From assembly GCA_041641305.1 (NCBI GenBank), contig JBEPYN010000002.1:1-64000 (forward strand): a stretch of 64,000 nt of DNA, written 5' to 3'. The position numbers and the translations under genes were made by a program. Shown piece by piece: positions 9,818 through 19,997 of this stretch. The notes below the pieces were generated by a model. That model was not told the DNA's origin. It saw only the letters and a program-made list of their open reading frames with translations, and ran no database searches. Position 1 is the stretch's first letter. Every line of letters starts with the position of its first letter. This stretch comes from Nitrososphaerota archaeon (GTDB taxonomy: Archaea; Thermoproteota; Nitrososphaeria_A; Caldarchaeales; Caldarchaeaceae).

Positions 9818-10290
9818 CGCATCACCAGCTCCGAAAGTTTTCTCCTAGCATCCTCCAAAATCTCAGCCGCGGCCCGAAGCTTCTCCGCATCATTCTCCGC
9901 CATCACCATCATGAACGTCTGCGCAAGCCTCCTCCCCGTTTTCAGAAGCTCCAGCCTCTCGGAGCCGCATTCGCTGCTCCAAAGGTTCATCAACCCCTCC
10001 AGCCTCTCCCTATTCTCCTCAAGATACCTGCGCCCCGCCTCGGTCAGCCTATAAACACGCTTCCCCTCAACCACCTCGGTCGCAACCATCCCCTCGTCCT
10101 CGAGCCACTGAAGCGTGGGATAGATTGTGCCTGCGCTCGGCTCATACAAGCCGCCAAACATCCGGGAAATCTCCTTCGCCACCTCGTATCCATGCATCGG
10201 CCGCTGGCTAAGAGCCCTGAGGATAAGCAGCCTTATTCCACCACGTTTCATAGGGAAGACCTGTCCATGGCTTGGCCAAAGCCTACGCAT
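9814..10290 (-). CDS. PadR-family transcriptional regulator
   Basis: PMHGYEV...PSAGTIYPTLQWLEDEG...KRVYRLTEAG. Confidence 0.93.
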   Translation of the reverse strand: MRRLWPSHGQVFPMKRGGIRLLILRALSQRPMHGYEVAKEISRMFGGLYEPSAGTIYPTLQWLEDEGMVATEVVEGKRVYRLTEAGRRYLEENRERLEGLMNLWSSECGSERLELLKTGRRLAQTFMMVMAENDAEKLRAAAEILEDARRKLSELVMR

Positions 10291-10292
10291 CA

Positions 10293-10302
10293 CGATATAT
10301 CG
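10293..10302. promoter_or_regulatory. Perfect palindrome CGATATATCG, probable PadR operator
   Basis: Lies just upstream of the padR ATG at 10290. Confidence 0.6.
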
Positions 10303-10541
10303 CAAAACAACCAAAATAAAAACCCACCACAAAAACAAAACACGTTACAACAAACCTCTTCACACGCTCCCGTCCCCTATGACATGTTAGCCCAAGGCGG
10401 TTAGCTCTTCCCAAACATCTCCAACACACGGCTCTACCTGGGCTCTTCAAATGTTCATAACATTGTTTGGGTATTTCAAGACGTTTGTAGCTGGCTGATG
10501 ACTTAAATATTATGGTATAGTTAGCATACCTGGTGTAGCTG

Positions 10542-10790
10542 GTGTCTTCAACTATAAAGGTAACAAAACAAACAAAGGAGATGCTTGTCCGCTTCGCTGC
10601 TATCCTTCAAAAACGATATGGCCGCCGTGTAGACCTAGACGAAGCTATAAGGCATCTGCTTATGAGACAGGAGAAGAAGCCTGAGGTGCTGGATTCGATA
10701 ATAGGCTCCGTCCCCACGATGTCGACGGAAGAGCTTTATGAGGAGAGGCGACTGGATGAGGCGAAAAGAGCTAGGCGATACAATACTTGA
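10542..10790 (+). CDS. Putative antitoxin (VapB-like, RHH-type)
   Basis: N-terminal STIKV..TKEML...LDEAIRHL; acidic C-terminus; overlaps the PIN gene. Confidence 0.75.
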   Translation: MSSTIKVTKQTKEMLVRFAAILQKRYGRRVDLDEAIRHLLMRQEKKPEVLDSIIGSVPTMSTEELYEERRLDEAKRARRYNT

Positions 10791-11187
10791 TACAGGTGTC
10801 CTTGTAGAGCTGCTGGCGGGGACAGAGGCCGGGAAATGGCTGGCCGAACTTATTAAGCAAGAAATGATTAACTCCTTCACCACGGAGATTAACATAACTG
10901 AACTCAGATACCTCATCTGCAGGAAACTTGGATGCGAAAAGTCCGAAGAAATAGTTAGCAAACTGCTAAATTCCGGATACCTACACATGCTGGACATAAC
11001 GCCGTACTTGCGGAGGGCGGCACAGTTAAAATGCCGACGAGCTTTATCACTGGTCGATTGCATAACCATAGCCGCTGGAGAAAAAAATGGGTTTAAAGTC
11101 ATGTTCGCGAAAAAGGAAAAAGAGCTTGAAGAAGAAATCAACAAACAACCTTTCGAAACGCAGCTTATCTTTCTAAACGAGCTTTAA
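10756..11187 (+). CDS. vapC: PIN-domain toxin (VapC-like)
   Basis: ILDTGVL, NITEL, LSLVDC acidic residues of the PIN fold. Confidence 0.85.
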   Translation: MRRKELGDTILDTGVLVELLAGTEAGKWLAELIKQEMINSFTTEINITELRYLICRKLGCEKSEEIVSKLLNSGYLHMLDITPYLRRAAQLKCRRALSLVDCITIAAGEKNGFKVMFAKKEKELEEEINKQPFETQLIFLNEL

Positions 11188-11223
11188 CCTGTATCGTCGA
11201 TGCTTTTTTGTGGCGTAGGCGGC

Positions 11224-11613
11224 TTAGTAGATGCCTGCTTTTTCGGGCTTAATCTTTAGTATGATTCTGCTTGTGCCCGGTGTTCGCCACTTGAATTTTT
11301 CGCCTGTGTATTTGATGGCGAGTTTGTCGATGTGTTCCTCGGCCTCTGGGCCCGTTATCCATTCGACGACGCGGCCTGTGATGTATGCATATTCGTAGGG
11401 GTTTTGCCAGTCGGGGACGGCGAGAGCAACCCGTGGGTCGCGGCGCGTGTTCCGCTCCTTCACGCGTCCAACAGCAGTGTTGACGAGAACATAGCCATCC
11501 GCCTCATCAACCCAGACAGGCGAAACCTGCGGAGAACCATCGCCGTTCACCGTCGCAAGAAAACCAAAGTTTCGGCCGTGAACAAGTTTCTTCACATTCT
11601 CGTCCAGAACCAT
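11224..11613 (-). CDS. PPOX-class F420-dependent oxidoreductase
   Basis: LATVNGDGSPQVSPVW, KERNTRRDPRVAL, IDKLAIKY. Confidence 0.9.
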   Translation of the reverse strand: MVLDENVKKLVHGRNFGFLATVNGDGSPQVSPVWVDEADGYVLVNTAVGRVKERNTRRDPRVALAVPDWQNPYEYAYITGRVVEWITGPEAEEHIDKLAIKYTGEKFKWRTPGTSRIILKIKPEKAGIY

Positions 11614-11847
11614 GTAAAACGAGAAGAATCTCCGCTATTTGTTGTTGTGTTTTTATGTGTGCCCAAAGATTGGCATTTTAATGACGCTGGTTTATATATT
11701 TGTGACGTCTGGGTGCGTGATTTACTGTGTGAGGCACGGCTGTCAGGTGTCTGGCGCTTTTGACGACGATGTTGATGTGTGTTTGGGGTTTGGCTTTGTT
11801 AGCAGGTGGTAGACGTGTAGGAGCCTAAGAAACTGGTTGTGAAGGTT

Positions 11848-12579
11848 TTAACGGGTTGTTTGATGGAGGCCTTCGAGATATTTTTCGACGATTTCATGTG
11901 TGAGTTTTTCGTATTTTTCTGTTGAGCCGACGTCGTACCAGAATGCTTCTGTGACGTATGCTGCGACTTTCTCTTTTTTCTTTATCAGCTGTGGGATGAG
12001 GTCTGACATAATGTCGGAGGCGTTTTCGGCGTGTTGTAGGGCCCGTGCCTCGAGGACGAGTAGTCCTATTGTTACGTTGATGTTGATGAAGGGTTTTTCA
12101 CGCATTTCTATGACGCGGTTGTTTTCTATTGTGGCTACGCCGACGGGGAGCTGGTAGCGTGGTGAGACGGCGAGTGTTGCGGTGGCTTTTTCTTGTCTAT
12201 GTTGTTCGACGAGTTCTGAGAGGCTGAGGTTGGTGAGGATGTCGCCGTAGTAGATGAGGAGTGTGTCATTCTCGGTGAAGGCTTTTTCATGCATGGCGTT
12301 GAGCAGGGCTCCGCATGTTCCCTTCGCATCCTCTCTGTCCCATACATAGGTGAGCCTCATCCCAATCCTCTCACCGTCGCCGAAGTAGTTGACAACCTGC
12401 TCCCCCTTGTATCCGATGAGCAGCACCGCCTCGGAGTAGCCGTAGGCTTTGAGATGCATGAGGATGTATTCGAGCAGAGGTTTCTGCTCTCGTCCGATGG
12501 GTATCATCGTTTTCTGGAAATAGTAGGTTAAGGGCCTTAGTCTGCTTCCCTCTCCGCCGCAGAGGATAATTGGCTTCAT
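11848..12579 (-). CDS. Sugar-phosphate nucleotidyltransferase (NTP_transferase)
   Basis: IILCGGEGSRLRPLT, YGD, WYDVG. Confidence 0.92.
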   Translation of the reverse strand: MKPIILCGGEGSRLRPLTYYFQKTMIPIGREQKPLLEYILMHLKAYGYSEAVLLIGYKGEQVVNYFGDGERIGMRLTYVWDREDAKGTCGALLNAMHEKAFTENDTLLIYYGDILTNLSLSELVEQHRQEKATATLAVSPRYQLPVGVATIENNRVIEMREKPFININVTIGLLVLEARALQHAENASDIMSDLIPQLIKKKEKVAAYVTEAFWYDVGSTEKYEKLTHEIVEKYLEGLHQTTR

Positions 12580-12633
12580 CTGCGTGTGTTTGTGTGGTGA
12601 GGTGTTTAAATCTTTCCCATGATTATTTGTGGT

Positions 12634-12810
12634 GTGAAGGCTGGGCGGATGAGACGGTGCGTGAGCTGCGGCACATACACCTTGAGAGAGAAGTGTCCGG
12701 CCTGTGGTGGGGAGACGGTTTCGCCTCATCCGGTTAATTTTGTTCCAGGAAGTAAGACTGCTGAGCTACTTGTCAGGGCGAGGAAAAGGCTTCAGAGCCT
12801 CTCTTCCTGA
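12634..12810 (+). CDS. nop10: H/ACA RNP protein Nop10
   Basis: CxxCGTYTLREKCPxCG...SPHP zinc ribbon. Confidence 0.88.
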   Translation: MKAGRMRRCVSCGTYTLREKCPACGGETVSPHPVNFVPGSKTAELLVRARKRLQSLSS

Positions 12811-13989
12811 GGCCCGTGTTTGGGTGAGCTTGGACACAAGTTCGCGTGGCGTGTGGATTGTCTCGGCGCCGTTATGGATTGCTCCGACCACGTATGTCGG
12901 GAGGCCTCGTTCAACCGCTTTCTCCAACAACATGTAGTTCCCCATGTTTTGCTCGCCGAGAGGTGGGCTTGTGTAAACAACCGCCACGGCCCTCTCCATC
13001 TTTTCCTCGGCCTGGCGTATCTTCTCCCAGCTTATCCTAGTGTAGGGCCTTTCTGAGACGATGTCGAGGCCAAGATTCACGGCCACATGGTGGTCAACGT
13101 CGTTCTCGTGAAGCACACCTGTCGCGATATCGTAGCCTGTTTTGAGGAGCAGCCTGTAAAATGCCGCGCCTGTTCCAGCTCCCGCGATTACGAATACACG
13201 CGGTCCGCCGGTGTTTGTTTGTGGGCGGTATGCTATCGAGAGCATGGTCTGGGAGAGTGTCAAGCTGTCGGTTAGCCCGAATGCTTTGACGAATCTTGGG
13301 TCGTTGACGAGTGCTGCTGGATCGTCTGCGACTATTGCTTTTCTGTCTGCTATGAGTATTAGTCTGTCGGCGAAGCGGAGGGCGAGTTCGAGCTCGTGGG
13401 TTGAGGCGATGACGGTGAGGTTTTCGCTGTGGGCGAGTTCGTGGAGCAGGGTGATGATCTCGAGTCTTGATTTTGTGTCGAGATGTGTTGTTGGCTCGTC
13501 GAGGATGAGTACACGGGGCTGCTGGGCGAGGGCCCTCGCTATCAGCACGCGCTGGAGCTGTCCATCGCTTATCTCGGATACTCTGCGGCCCCTCAGATGC
13601 GCCACACCTGTCTTCTCCATAGCTTCCTCTACAATCTGTTTATCCAAGGGGCCCAGCATGTGAAGCGGCCCCGTCCACGCATAGCGTCCAAGCCCCACAA
13701 CCTCTTCGACAAGCATCCCCGAGACATCGGGCCTCCCAGTCAAGACGGCGGCTAAGTTTCTCGCCCTCTGCCGCAGCCCAAATGTCCGCATCTCCTCACC
13801 GGAAAGATAGACAGCTCCCTTGACAGGGTTAACTAATCCAGCCAAGGTTTTGAGGAAGGTTGTTTTGCCCGCTGCGTTGGGGCCGATGACCACAACGAAC
13901 TCGCCACGCCATAGCTCCAAATCCACGTCCGAGACAACGGGGACGCCGCCATAGCCGACAGAGAGGCTGATAGCCTTTATCAAACCCAT
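12766..13989 (-). CDS. Cobalamin/Fe-siderophore ABC importer ATPase with C-terminal extension
   Basis: GPNAAGKT, ISDGQ, LDEPTTHLD; extra domain with GVLHENDVD. Confidence 0.9.
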   Translation of the reverse strand: MGLIKAISLSVGYGGVPVVSDVDLELWRGEFVVVIGPNAAGKTTFLKTLAGLVNPVKGAVYLSGEEMRTFGLRQRARNLAAVLTGRPDVSGMLVEEVVGLGRYAWTGPLHMLGPLDKQIVEEAMEKTGVAHLRGRRVSEISDGQLQRVLIARALAQQPRVLILDEPTTHLDTKSRLEIITLLHELAHSENLTVIASTHELELALRFADRLILIADRKAIVADDPAALVNDPRFVKAFGLTDSLTLSQTMLSIAYRPQTNTGGPRVFVIAGAGTGAAFYRLLLKTGYDIATGVLHENDVDHHVAVNLGLDIVSERPYTRISWEKIRQAEEKMERAVAVVYTSPPLGEQNMGNYMLLEKAVERGLPTYVVGAIHNGAETIHTPRELVSKLTQTRASGREALKPFPRPDK

Positions 13990-14981
13990 TTCCCGCCTCT
14001 GAGGAGGAGTAGGAGGATTATGGGTGCGCCGAAGAGTGAGGTGATTGCTGTGAGAGGTAGGTCGAGAGGTGGCATGATGTTGCGTGCGGCGATGTCGGCT
14101 GCGGTTGCGAGGGTTGCTCCCGCTAGTCCTGCGAGCGGGATGACGACGCGGTTGTCAACCGATTTTGCGAGCAGACGTGCAACATGTGGAGCTGCGAGTC
14201 CGATGAACCCGATGGGCCCGGCGACAACTGTTGCGAGCGCAACCACCGTCGACGACGCTGCTACAGCCGCGACACGGGCCCCTCGAACCCATGCACCCAT
14301 CGACGCAGCCATCTCCTCACCGAACGCGAGAGCGTTGAGAGGCTTAGCGACGAGAAGAGAGGCGGCGAGACCGGCCGCAAACATGGGAAGAACAGGCTCG
14401 ACAAGCGACCATTTAGCCGCCGAAAACGTTCCAAGTGTCCAGAAGCTGAAGGCACGCATCGTCTCAACGGGTGACAGGGTTATCAACAGGGTTGTTAGAC
14501 CTGCGTTGAGGTAGCCAAGCATCACTCCAGCGAGTATCAAGCCAATCGCGGTTTTCGCGACGGTTGAGAACATGATGACGGCGAGTGATGTGGCGGCTGC
14601 TCCTGCTGCAGCGGCGATGTAGAGTGCATAGGGATCGTATGCTTGGACGAGGCCCATTCCCAGTCCTGCTACGAGTGTGAACGCGATGGCGAGGGAGGAG
14701 CCCGATGATATGCCGAGGACAAACGGGTCAGCCAAAGGGTTGCGGAAAAGAGACTGGAGAACAGCTCCCGCCAAACCCAGCGAAGCCCCTGTCAGAACAG
14801 CCGCAACACCTCTCACAAGCCGCATATCAACCACAACATCGAAAACGGAGCCACCGCTTCTCCAACCAAGCAGATACATCAAAACATCGCCGGGAGGAAC
14901 TCTTACGCTGCCGAGAAAAACAGAGGAGAAAAATGATGCGAAAAGAGCTGTTGAGAGAAGTGGAAAAGCCCAGCTCCGCAT
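13980..14981 (-). CDS. FecCD/BtuC-family permease
   Basis: LFRNPLADPFVLGISSG, GPIGFIGLAAPH. Confidence 0.93.
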   Translation of the reverse strand: MRSWAFPLLSTALFASFFSSVFLGSVRVPPGDVLMYLLGWRSGGSVFDVVVDMRLVRGVAAVLTGASLGLAGAVLQSLFRNPLADPFVLGISSGSSLAIAFTLVAGLGMGLVQAYDPYALYIAAAAGAAATSLAVIMFSTVAKTAIGLILAGVMLGYLNAGLTTLLITLSPVETMRAFSFWTLGTFSAAKWSLVEPVLPMFAAGLAASLLVAKPLNALAFGEEMAASMGAWVRGARVAAVAASSTVVALATVVAGPIGFIGLAAPHVARLLAKSVDNRVVIPLAGLAGATLATAADIAARNIMPPLDLPLTAITSLFGAPIILLLLLRGGKWV

Positions 14982-16205
14982 CTAACGCACCTCCACGAAA
15001 AACCTCAGTCCATCGCCGCCGTCAAACACTTCGGGATAAAGCATCTTAGCCAAGTCCCTGAACCACTCCTCTGTAGCGAAATATCCAAGCTGGTAGATGT
15101 CGCCGCTGTAGCGGTAAACCCTGTTAGTTTGAAACGCTTTCGACTCGGCGAGCTGCGGAAGCTCCTTCAACAAGTCCTCGCGTGTGGTGATGAGGTCTGT
15201 TGAGAGGACGATGACGTCGGCGTCAAGAGCGCGTGCCACAAGCTCTTCGGGAGTGACTGTGGCGGAGCCCGTTGACGCGATGTCGGAGAAAACGTAGGAT
15301 GCGCCGAGGTCTTGAATGGCTTTTGAAACATAGCTGCCGCCTCCCGCCACATACACCGTTCCCCTGAAGATGCTGAACCAGACAACCTTGGGAGCGGAAA
15401 CACCATGCTCGACAAGGGCTTTCGCCCTGAGAGAAGTGAGCAAAACACTCTGCTCAACATAGTTGAACACCTTGTCTGCAACATTCTCGAGCCCGAAGAA
15501 GGCTGCGACAAACTTTATCCACTCAAACCTCCCCAGCAAATCATCCTCCATATACTCGGAGACAACGACGTAGGGCAGCTTAAGCTCCTCAAGTTTTGAG
15601 ACAACGGGGTCGCCGGGGTAGGTGTATATCATGACGAGATCGGGGTTGAGGGCAACCAGCTGCTCATAGTCAGGAGACCAAGCCGCTCCAACATCCTTTA
15701 TTACACCTTGTTGCAGCAGTTTCTCGACCTCAGGGAAATACCATGTATAGCTGCTGCCCCACATCAGGCCCGCCACGCGGCTGAGCAACTCGGGCTCGTA
15801 TTCACGCAGCCTCTCCACAAGCGCAACATGTGTCGCCGACATCAGCACAGCCCGTTCCACAGGCGTCCACACAACCAAGTCAGCCTTGATATCTGGCGGC
15901 GGCGCACCACGCGGCACCGCCAACACCGTCCTGTTCAACCCATCACGAAGCAAAACAAAGCCATCACCCTTCTCCAAGTTAAACAGCCGCGCATACCTCA
16001 CCTCAGAAGGCCGATGCTCAACCACATGCGTAACAGTCGTAGCCACCGTAAACGTCTCCACAGAGGTCACAGAAACCGTCCGCGTCACAGCAGAAGTGAC
16101 AACCCGCGTCTCCACAACAGGCTGACTAGAAAACTGGCCAAGAGCAAAGCCTCCCGCTAACGCGGCTATGATGAGGAGTGTTAGGATGGTTTGTGTTTTG
16201 TTCAT
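14982..16205 (-). CDS. BtuF/FecB-family substrate-binding protein with Thr/Val-rich linker
   Basis: N-terminal TM, PDYEQLVALNPDLV, EYME..LGRFEWIKF. Confidence 0.88.
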   Translation of the reverse strand: MNKTQTILTLLIIAALAGGFALGQFSSQPVVETRVVTSAVTRTVSVTSVETFTVATTVTHVVEHRPSEVRYARLFNLEKGDGFVLLRDGLNRTVLAVPRGAPPPDIKADLVVWTPVERAVLMSATHVALVERLREYEPELLSRVAGLMWGSSYTWYFPEVEKLLQQGVIKDVGAAWSPDYEQLVALNPDLVMIYTYPGDPVVSKLEELKLPYVVVSEYMEDDLLGRFEWIKFVAAFFGLENVADKVFNYVEQSVLLTSLRAKALVEHGVSAPKVVWFSIFRGTVYVAGGGSYVSKAIQDLGASYVFSDIASTGSATVTPEELVARALDADVIVLSTDLITTREDLLKELPQLAESKAFQTNRVYRYSGDIYQLGYFATEEWFRDLAKMLYPEVFDGGDGLRFFVEVR

Positions 16206-16212
16206 CGCTTGG

Positions 16213-16229
16213 TTGGATAATCCATCCAA
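16213..16229. promoter_or_regulatory. Inverted repeat TTGGAT-N5-ATCCAA, candidate repressor site of the Btu/Fec operon
   Basis: Lies between the TATA-like TTATATAT (minus strand, about 16229-16237) and the ATG at 16205. Confidence 0.5.
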
Positions 16230-16296
16230 TATATAACATTTCAAACACGAAAAACCTGACAATACTTATATTAGTCTCTTCAGTTTTTAAACTGCC

Positions 16297-17133
16297 TTGA
16301 ATGCGGGAAATGAGGCTTTTTTTATGCCGGAAACCGTTAATAAAGCTCTTCAGCTCAAAAAACTCTACAAGGACTCGGCTCTCGTCGTCTCCGGTGGAAC
16401 GGCGTCTGTTCAGCTTGTGACGAAGATGCTGGTCTCGCCCACGGCCATTATCTCTCTCGAGAAGCTTCCACTAAACTATGTTAAGAAGACAGGTAACATG
16501 ATTGAAATCGGCGCGACCACGACGGTGGAGGAGATTATAGAGAGTAACAAGGTTCCCGACTGTCTTCTGGAGGCTGCTAAGTGGATACATGGGTTGGCGT
16601 TGAAGCAGAACGCAACTATCGGCGGCAACATATTTACACCGGCTCCCGCGGGAGACATGGCCACGGCTCTCCTCAGCCTCGACGCACAGCTCGTCCTGAA
16701 GAGCACACAGGGCACGAGAACAGTTCCGCTTACAAAGTTCTACAAAGGGCCGCTCACCTACAACATTCGCAGCAACGAGCTGTTAACCGCCATCCGTATA
16801 AAAAATCCGCCCAAACACTCGGCGTTCATGAAGCAAACCATCTACAGATACGGGGGCCAGACTTTGGCCTCTGTCTCGGTTGCGCTGGACTCGGTTGACA
16901 AAGTTAAGAGGGTTGGCGTGGCGGTTGGAGGTCTAACACCTCATCCCTACAGAGCATCAAAAGTTGAGAAAATGTTGCTGGGCCAGAAAATAACCGAGGA
17001 GCTTGCTGAGACGACGGCGCGGAGCATAGCCGACGAAGCATCCGACACGGGCCTCGTCTCCGGAGACTATCTACGCCACCTCGCCGCAGTGCTATACAAA
17101 AGAATTTTAACCCGTCTAACCTCATCTCGGTGA
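16297..17133 (+). CDS. Molybdenum hydroxylase FAD-binding subunit (CoxM/CutM-like)
   Basis: SGGT, IGATTT, NATIGGNI, AGD. Confidence 0.9.
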   Translation: MNAGNEAFFMPETVNKALQLKKLYKDSALVVSGGTASVQLVTKMLVSPTAIISLEKLPLNYVKKTGNMIEIGATTTVEEIIESNKVPDCLLEAAKWIHGLALKQNATIGGNIFTPAPAGDMATALLSLDAQLVLKSTQGTRTVPLTKFYKGPLTYNIRSNELLTAIRIKNPPKHSAFMKQTIYRYGGQTLASVSVALDSVDKVKRVGVAVGGLTPHPYRASKVEKMLLGQKITEELAETTARSIADEASDTGLVSGDYLRHLAAVLYKRILTRLTSSR

Positions 17134-17597
17134 GGCCAAAGATGATAATCAGGTTCTATCTGGATGGACAGCTTGTTGAAGCGGATGTCAAGCCAACCGA
17201 TACTTTGCTGAAGCTTCTGGTGGACAAGCTGGGTTTGACGTCTGTTCACTATGGATGCGGCGAGGGTAGCTGCGGCGCATGCATGGTTTTGGTCGACGGC
17301 AAGCTGCGGTACTCATGCCTCACTTTCGCAGCATCTGTAAACGATAAGCATGTCACCACAGTTGCTGGCCTGCTGTCCGACCATGAGCTAAGTCCTCTGC
17401 AGAAGAAGTTTGTGGAGAATAATGCTGCGCAGTGTGGCTACTGCACACCAGGCATGGTTCTGGTTGCCAAGGCTCTTCTCGACAAAAACCCGTCTCCAAG
17501 TGATGAGGAGATTTTCGACGCTCTCGCGGGCAACCTCTGCAGATGCACGGGCTACGTGCCGATTGTGAACGCTGTTAAATCTGCTGCGAGGAGATAA
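17130..17597 (+). CDS. Molybdenum hydroxylase 2Fe-2S subunit (CoxS/CutS-like)
   Basis: GCGEGSCGAC, QCGYCTPG, GNLCRCTGY. Confidence 0.96.
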   Translation: MRPKMIIRFYLDGQLVEADVKPTDTLLKLLVDKLGLTSVHYGCGEGSCGACMVLVDGKLRYSCLTFAASVNDKHVTTVAGLLSDHELSPLQKKFVENNAAQCGYCTPGMVLVAKALLDKNPSPSDEEIFDALAGNLCRCTGYVPIVNAVKSAARR

Positions 17598-17599
17598 AC

Positions 17600-18955
17600 A
17601 TGGCCACCTACTCTGTTGTAGGAAAAAGAGTGCAGAACACTTCGCTAGTCAACCATGTCACAGGCGCAACACAGTACATCGACAGCATATCTTTTCCGGG
17701 GATGCTGTGGATGAAAGCTGTCCGTAGCCCGGTTCCACGCGGTAAAATCAAGAAAATCGACTACTCGAAGGCCGAGAAAGTGCCCGGGGTAGTGAAAATC
17801 ATCACCGCCAAACATGTCCCGAACAACTATCACGTCAACTTGGCTGGGCTCGGAGTGGGACCTCCTGATGAGCCGGTTTTGCCTGAGGATGAGGTGAACT
17901 ACAAGGGTGAGGCGATTTGCCTCGTGGTTGCGAGAGATGAGGAGACTGCTGCAAAAGCAGCGAACCTCGTAGATGTTGACATCGAGGAGCTGCCGCCTGT
18001 TCTCGACATGGAGGAGGCGATCAAACCAGATGCCCCGAAGATAAAGAAATGGGGGTCAAACTTGTTTATGTTCGGCGGCGGCATGGATGGCGCTACTCCG
18101 CCGGGTTCACCTCAGAGGCCGTATTTCTTGGTGAAGAGAGGGGATGTTGAGCGGGCTTTCGGGAATGCGTACGAGGTTGTGGAGAGCAGTTACCTTATTC
18201 CGCCGATAGAGCATGCGCCGCTGGAGCCTCACATCTGCGTGGCCAAGCCCGAGCCATCTGGCAAATTAACTATCTACACGCCGACGCAGTCACCCTATTT
18301 CACGAGAGACAACGTTGCCACAATACTGAACATTCCTGCTTCAAACATACGGGTTGTCTCTCCCCATGTGGGTGGAGGGTTTGGTGGAAAGGTTGACCCC
18401 GAGTTCGAGATGCAGGTTGCTGTAGCGGCCATGGTGGTCGGTAGGCCTGTCAAATGGAGGTGGACAAGAGAAGAGGAGTTCACCGTATCAACGACGAGGC
18501 CGGCTGTCAAGATAGAGCTTAAGGATGCGTTGTCGAGAGAGGGCCGCATACTCGGCAGAAAAGCCAGACTACTCCACGACGCTGGGGCATACGCCCGCAC
18601 ATCTCCATACGGGGTGATAAAATCAACCGTGAACCTTTCAGGGCCCTACAACATCGAGAACCTCCGCTACGAGGGATACTGTGTGTTCACGAACCGTCAG
18701 CCGTCAAGCGCGATGCGGGGCTACGGCGTCTTCGAGGTCTCTTACGCGGTTGAGCTGCATATGGAGAAGGCCGCCCGCAAACTGGGGATGGATTCGTGGG
18801 AGTTCAGGTTTATCAACGCCTACCGCAATAACCAGGTAACCGCCACCGGCAGACCCATAGACGACGCCTACCTTATCGAGGTAATGAAGGAAGCCGCCAA
18901 CCTCGCAGGCGTCAAACTTCCACCTCATATTCTCCGACTCTCTTCAGAGAGGTGA
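17600..18955 (+). CDS. Molybdenum hydroxylase molybdopterin subunit, N-terminal half
   Basis: HAPLEP, VGGGFGGK, AMRGYG. Confidence 0.92.
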   Translation: MATYSVVGKRVQNTSLVNHVTGATQYIDSISFPGMLWMKAVRSPVPRGKIKKIDYSKAEKVPGVVKIITAKHVPNNYHVNLAGLGVGPPDEPVLPEDEVNYKGEAICLVVARDEETAAKAANLVDVDIEELPPVLDMEEAIKPDAPKIKKWGSNLFMFGGGMDGATPPGSPQRPYFLVKRGDVERAFGNAYEVVESSYLIPPIEHAPLEPHICVAKPEPSGKLTIYTPTQSPYFTRDNVATILNIPASNIRVVSPHVGGGFGGKVDPEFEMQVAVAAMVVGRPVKWRWTREEEFTVSTTRPAVKIELKDALSREGRILGRKARLLHDAGAYARTSPYGVIKSTVNLSGPYNIENLRYEGYCVFTNRQPSSAMRGYGVFEVSYAVELHMEKAARKLGMDSWEFRFINAYRNNQVTATGRPIDDAYLIEVMKEAANLAGVKLPPHILRLSSER

Positions 18956-19971
18956 ATGAGATGGCGAAACTTAGGGGAAGAGGGATAGCTGCAATAAACT
19001 ATCCGACGGGAATGAACCTCGGCGGAGACCCGAGCCAAGTGGTTATTGTCGCGCAGCCTGATGGCAGGCTCGTGGTTAATGTCGCGAGCGTGGAGCTTGG
19101 ACAGGGGATAAAGACTGTGTTGGCGCAGATTACATCAGAGATAACGGGAGTGCCTGTCGAGGACATAGAGGTGAGGTTCGGCGACACAGAGTCTGCGCCT
19201 CATGACACCGGCACCTTCGCAAGCAGGTCGACACATAGGATGGGCAACGCGGTGATGAGGGCCTCCGAGGAGATACGTGAAATCGTGTTGAACACCGCCG
19301 CCAAGATGCTGGAGGTTTCTCCCAACGACCTCGAGATACGCGACGGAAGAGTCTGGGTCAAGGGAGTTACTGACAAAAGCTTGGAGGTTAAACAGGTTAT
19401 CAACCAAGCCCAGTTCACATACAACACCCCCGTTATAGGGAAAGGGTTCTACGTCAAGCCGAAAAGCCCTGTCGACCCCGAGACGGGAGCATCTGACCCG
19501 CACTCAACCATGGCGCATGGATGCACGGTGGTGGATGTTGAGGTGGACACGGAGACAGGCTTCGTCACGGTTTTGAAGGTTTACACGGTGTATGAAGTGG
19601 GCAAAGCCATCAACCCCCAGTTCGTTGAGGCTCAGATAATCGGCGGCATCGTGATGGGCATGGGCGCTGCCTTCACCGAAACAGTTTACCCACGATACCC
19701 TGCGCTCGACTTCCAGACAACAAGCTTCCGAGACTATGTGCTGCCCACAGCAGGCGACATCCCCGAAATAGTCGCCAAGATTGTCGAATCACCGACGCCG
19801 ACGGGCCCATTCGGCGCAAAAGGCGTGGGCGAGATGGTTGTCAACAGCATCGCACCCGCTATCGTGAACGCGGTGTACGACGCCATCGGTGTACAGATAA
19901 CAGACCTTCCGATAACGCCTGAGAAGGTTCTCAAGGCTCTCAAGCAGAAAGAAGCAGCGGCTAAAAGTTAA
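18952..19971 (+). CDS. Molybdenum hydroxylase molybdopterin subunit, C-terminal half
   Basis: ELGQG, GTFASRST, GAKGVGE (catalytic Glu), LPITPEK. Confidence 0.92.
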   Translation: MNEMAKLRGRGIAAINYPTGMNLGGDPSQVVIVAQPDGRLVVNVASVELGQGIKTVLAQITSEITGVPVEDIEVRFGDTESAPHDTGTFASRSTHRMGNAVMRASEEIREIVLNTAAKMLEVSPNDLEIRDGRVWVKGVTDKSLEVKQVINQAQFTYNTPVIGKGFYVKPKSPVDPETGASDPHSTMAHGCTVVDVEVDTETGFVTVLKVYTVYEVGKAINPQFVEAQIIGGIVMGMGAAFTETVYPRYPALDFQTTSFRDYVLPTAGDIPEIVAKIVESPTPTGPFGAKGVGEMVVNSIAPAIVNAVYDAIGVQITDLPITPEKVLKALKQKEAAAKS

Positions 19972-19997
19972 AATACCCTGCACAGGATGAGGACACG

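Noticed and set aside
16297-19971. Aerobic CO dehydrogenase (coxMSL)
   Set aside because: The active-site loop is AMRGYG, not AYxCSFR or AYxGAGR, and the large subunit is split
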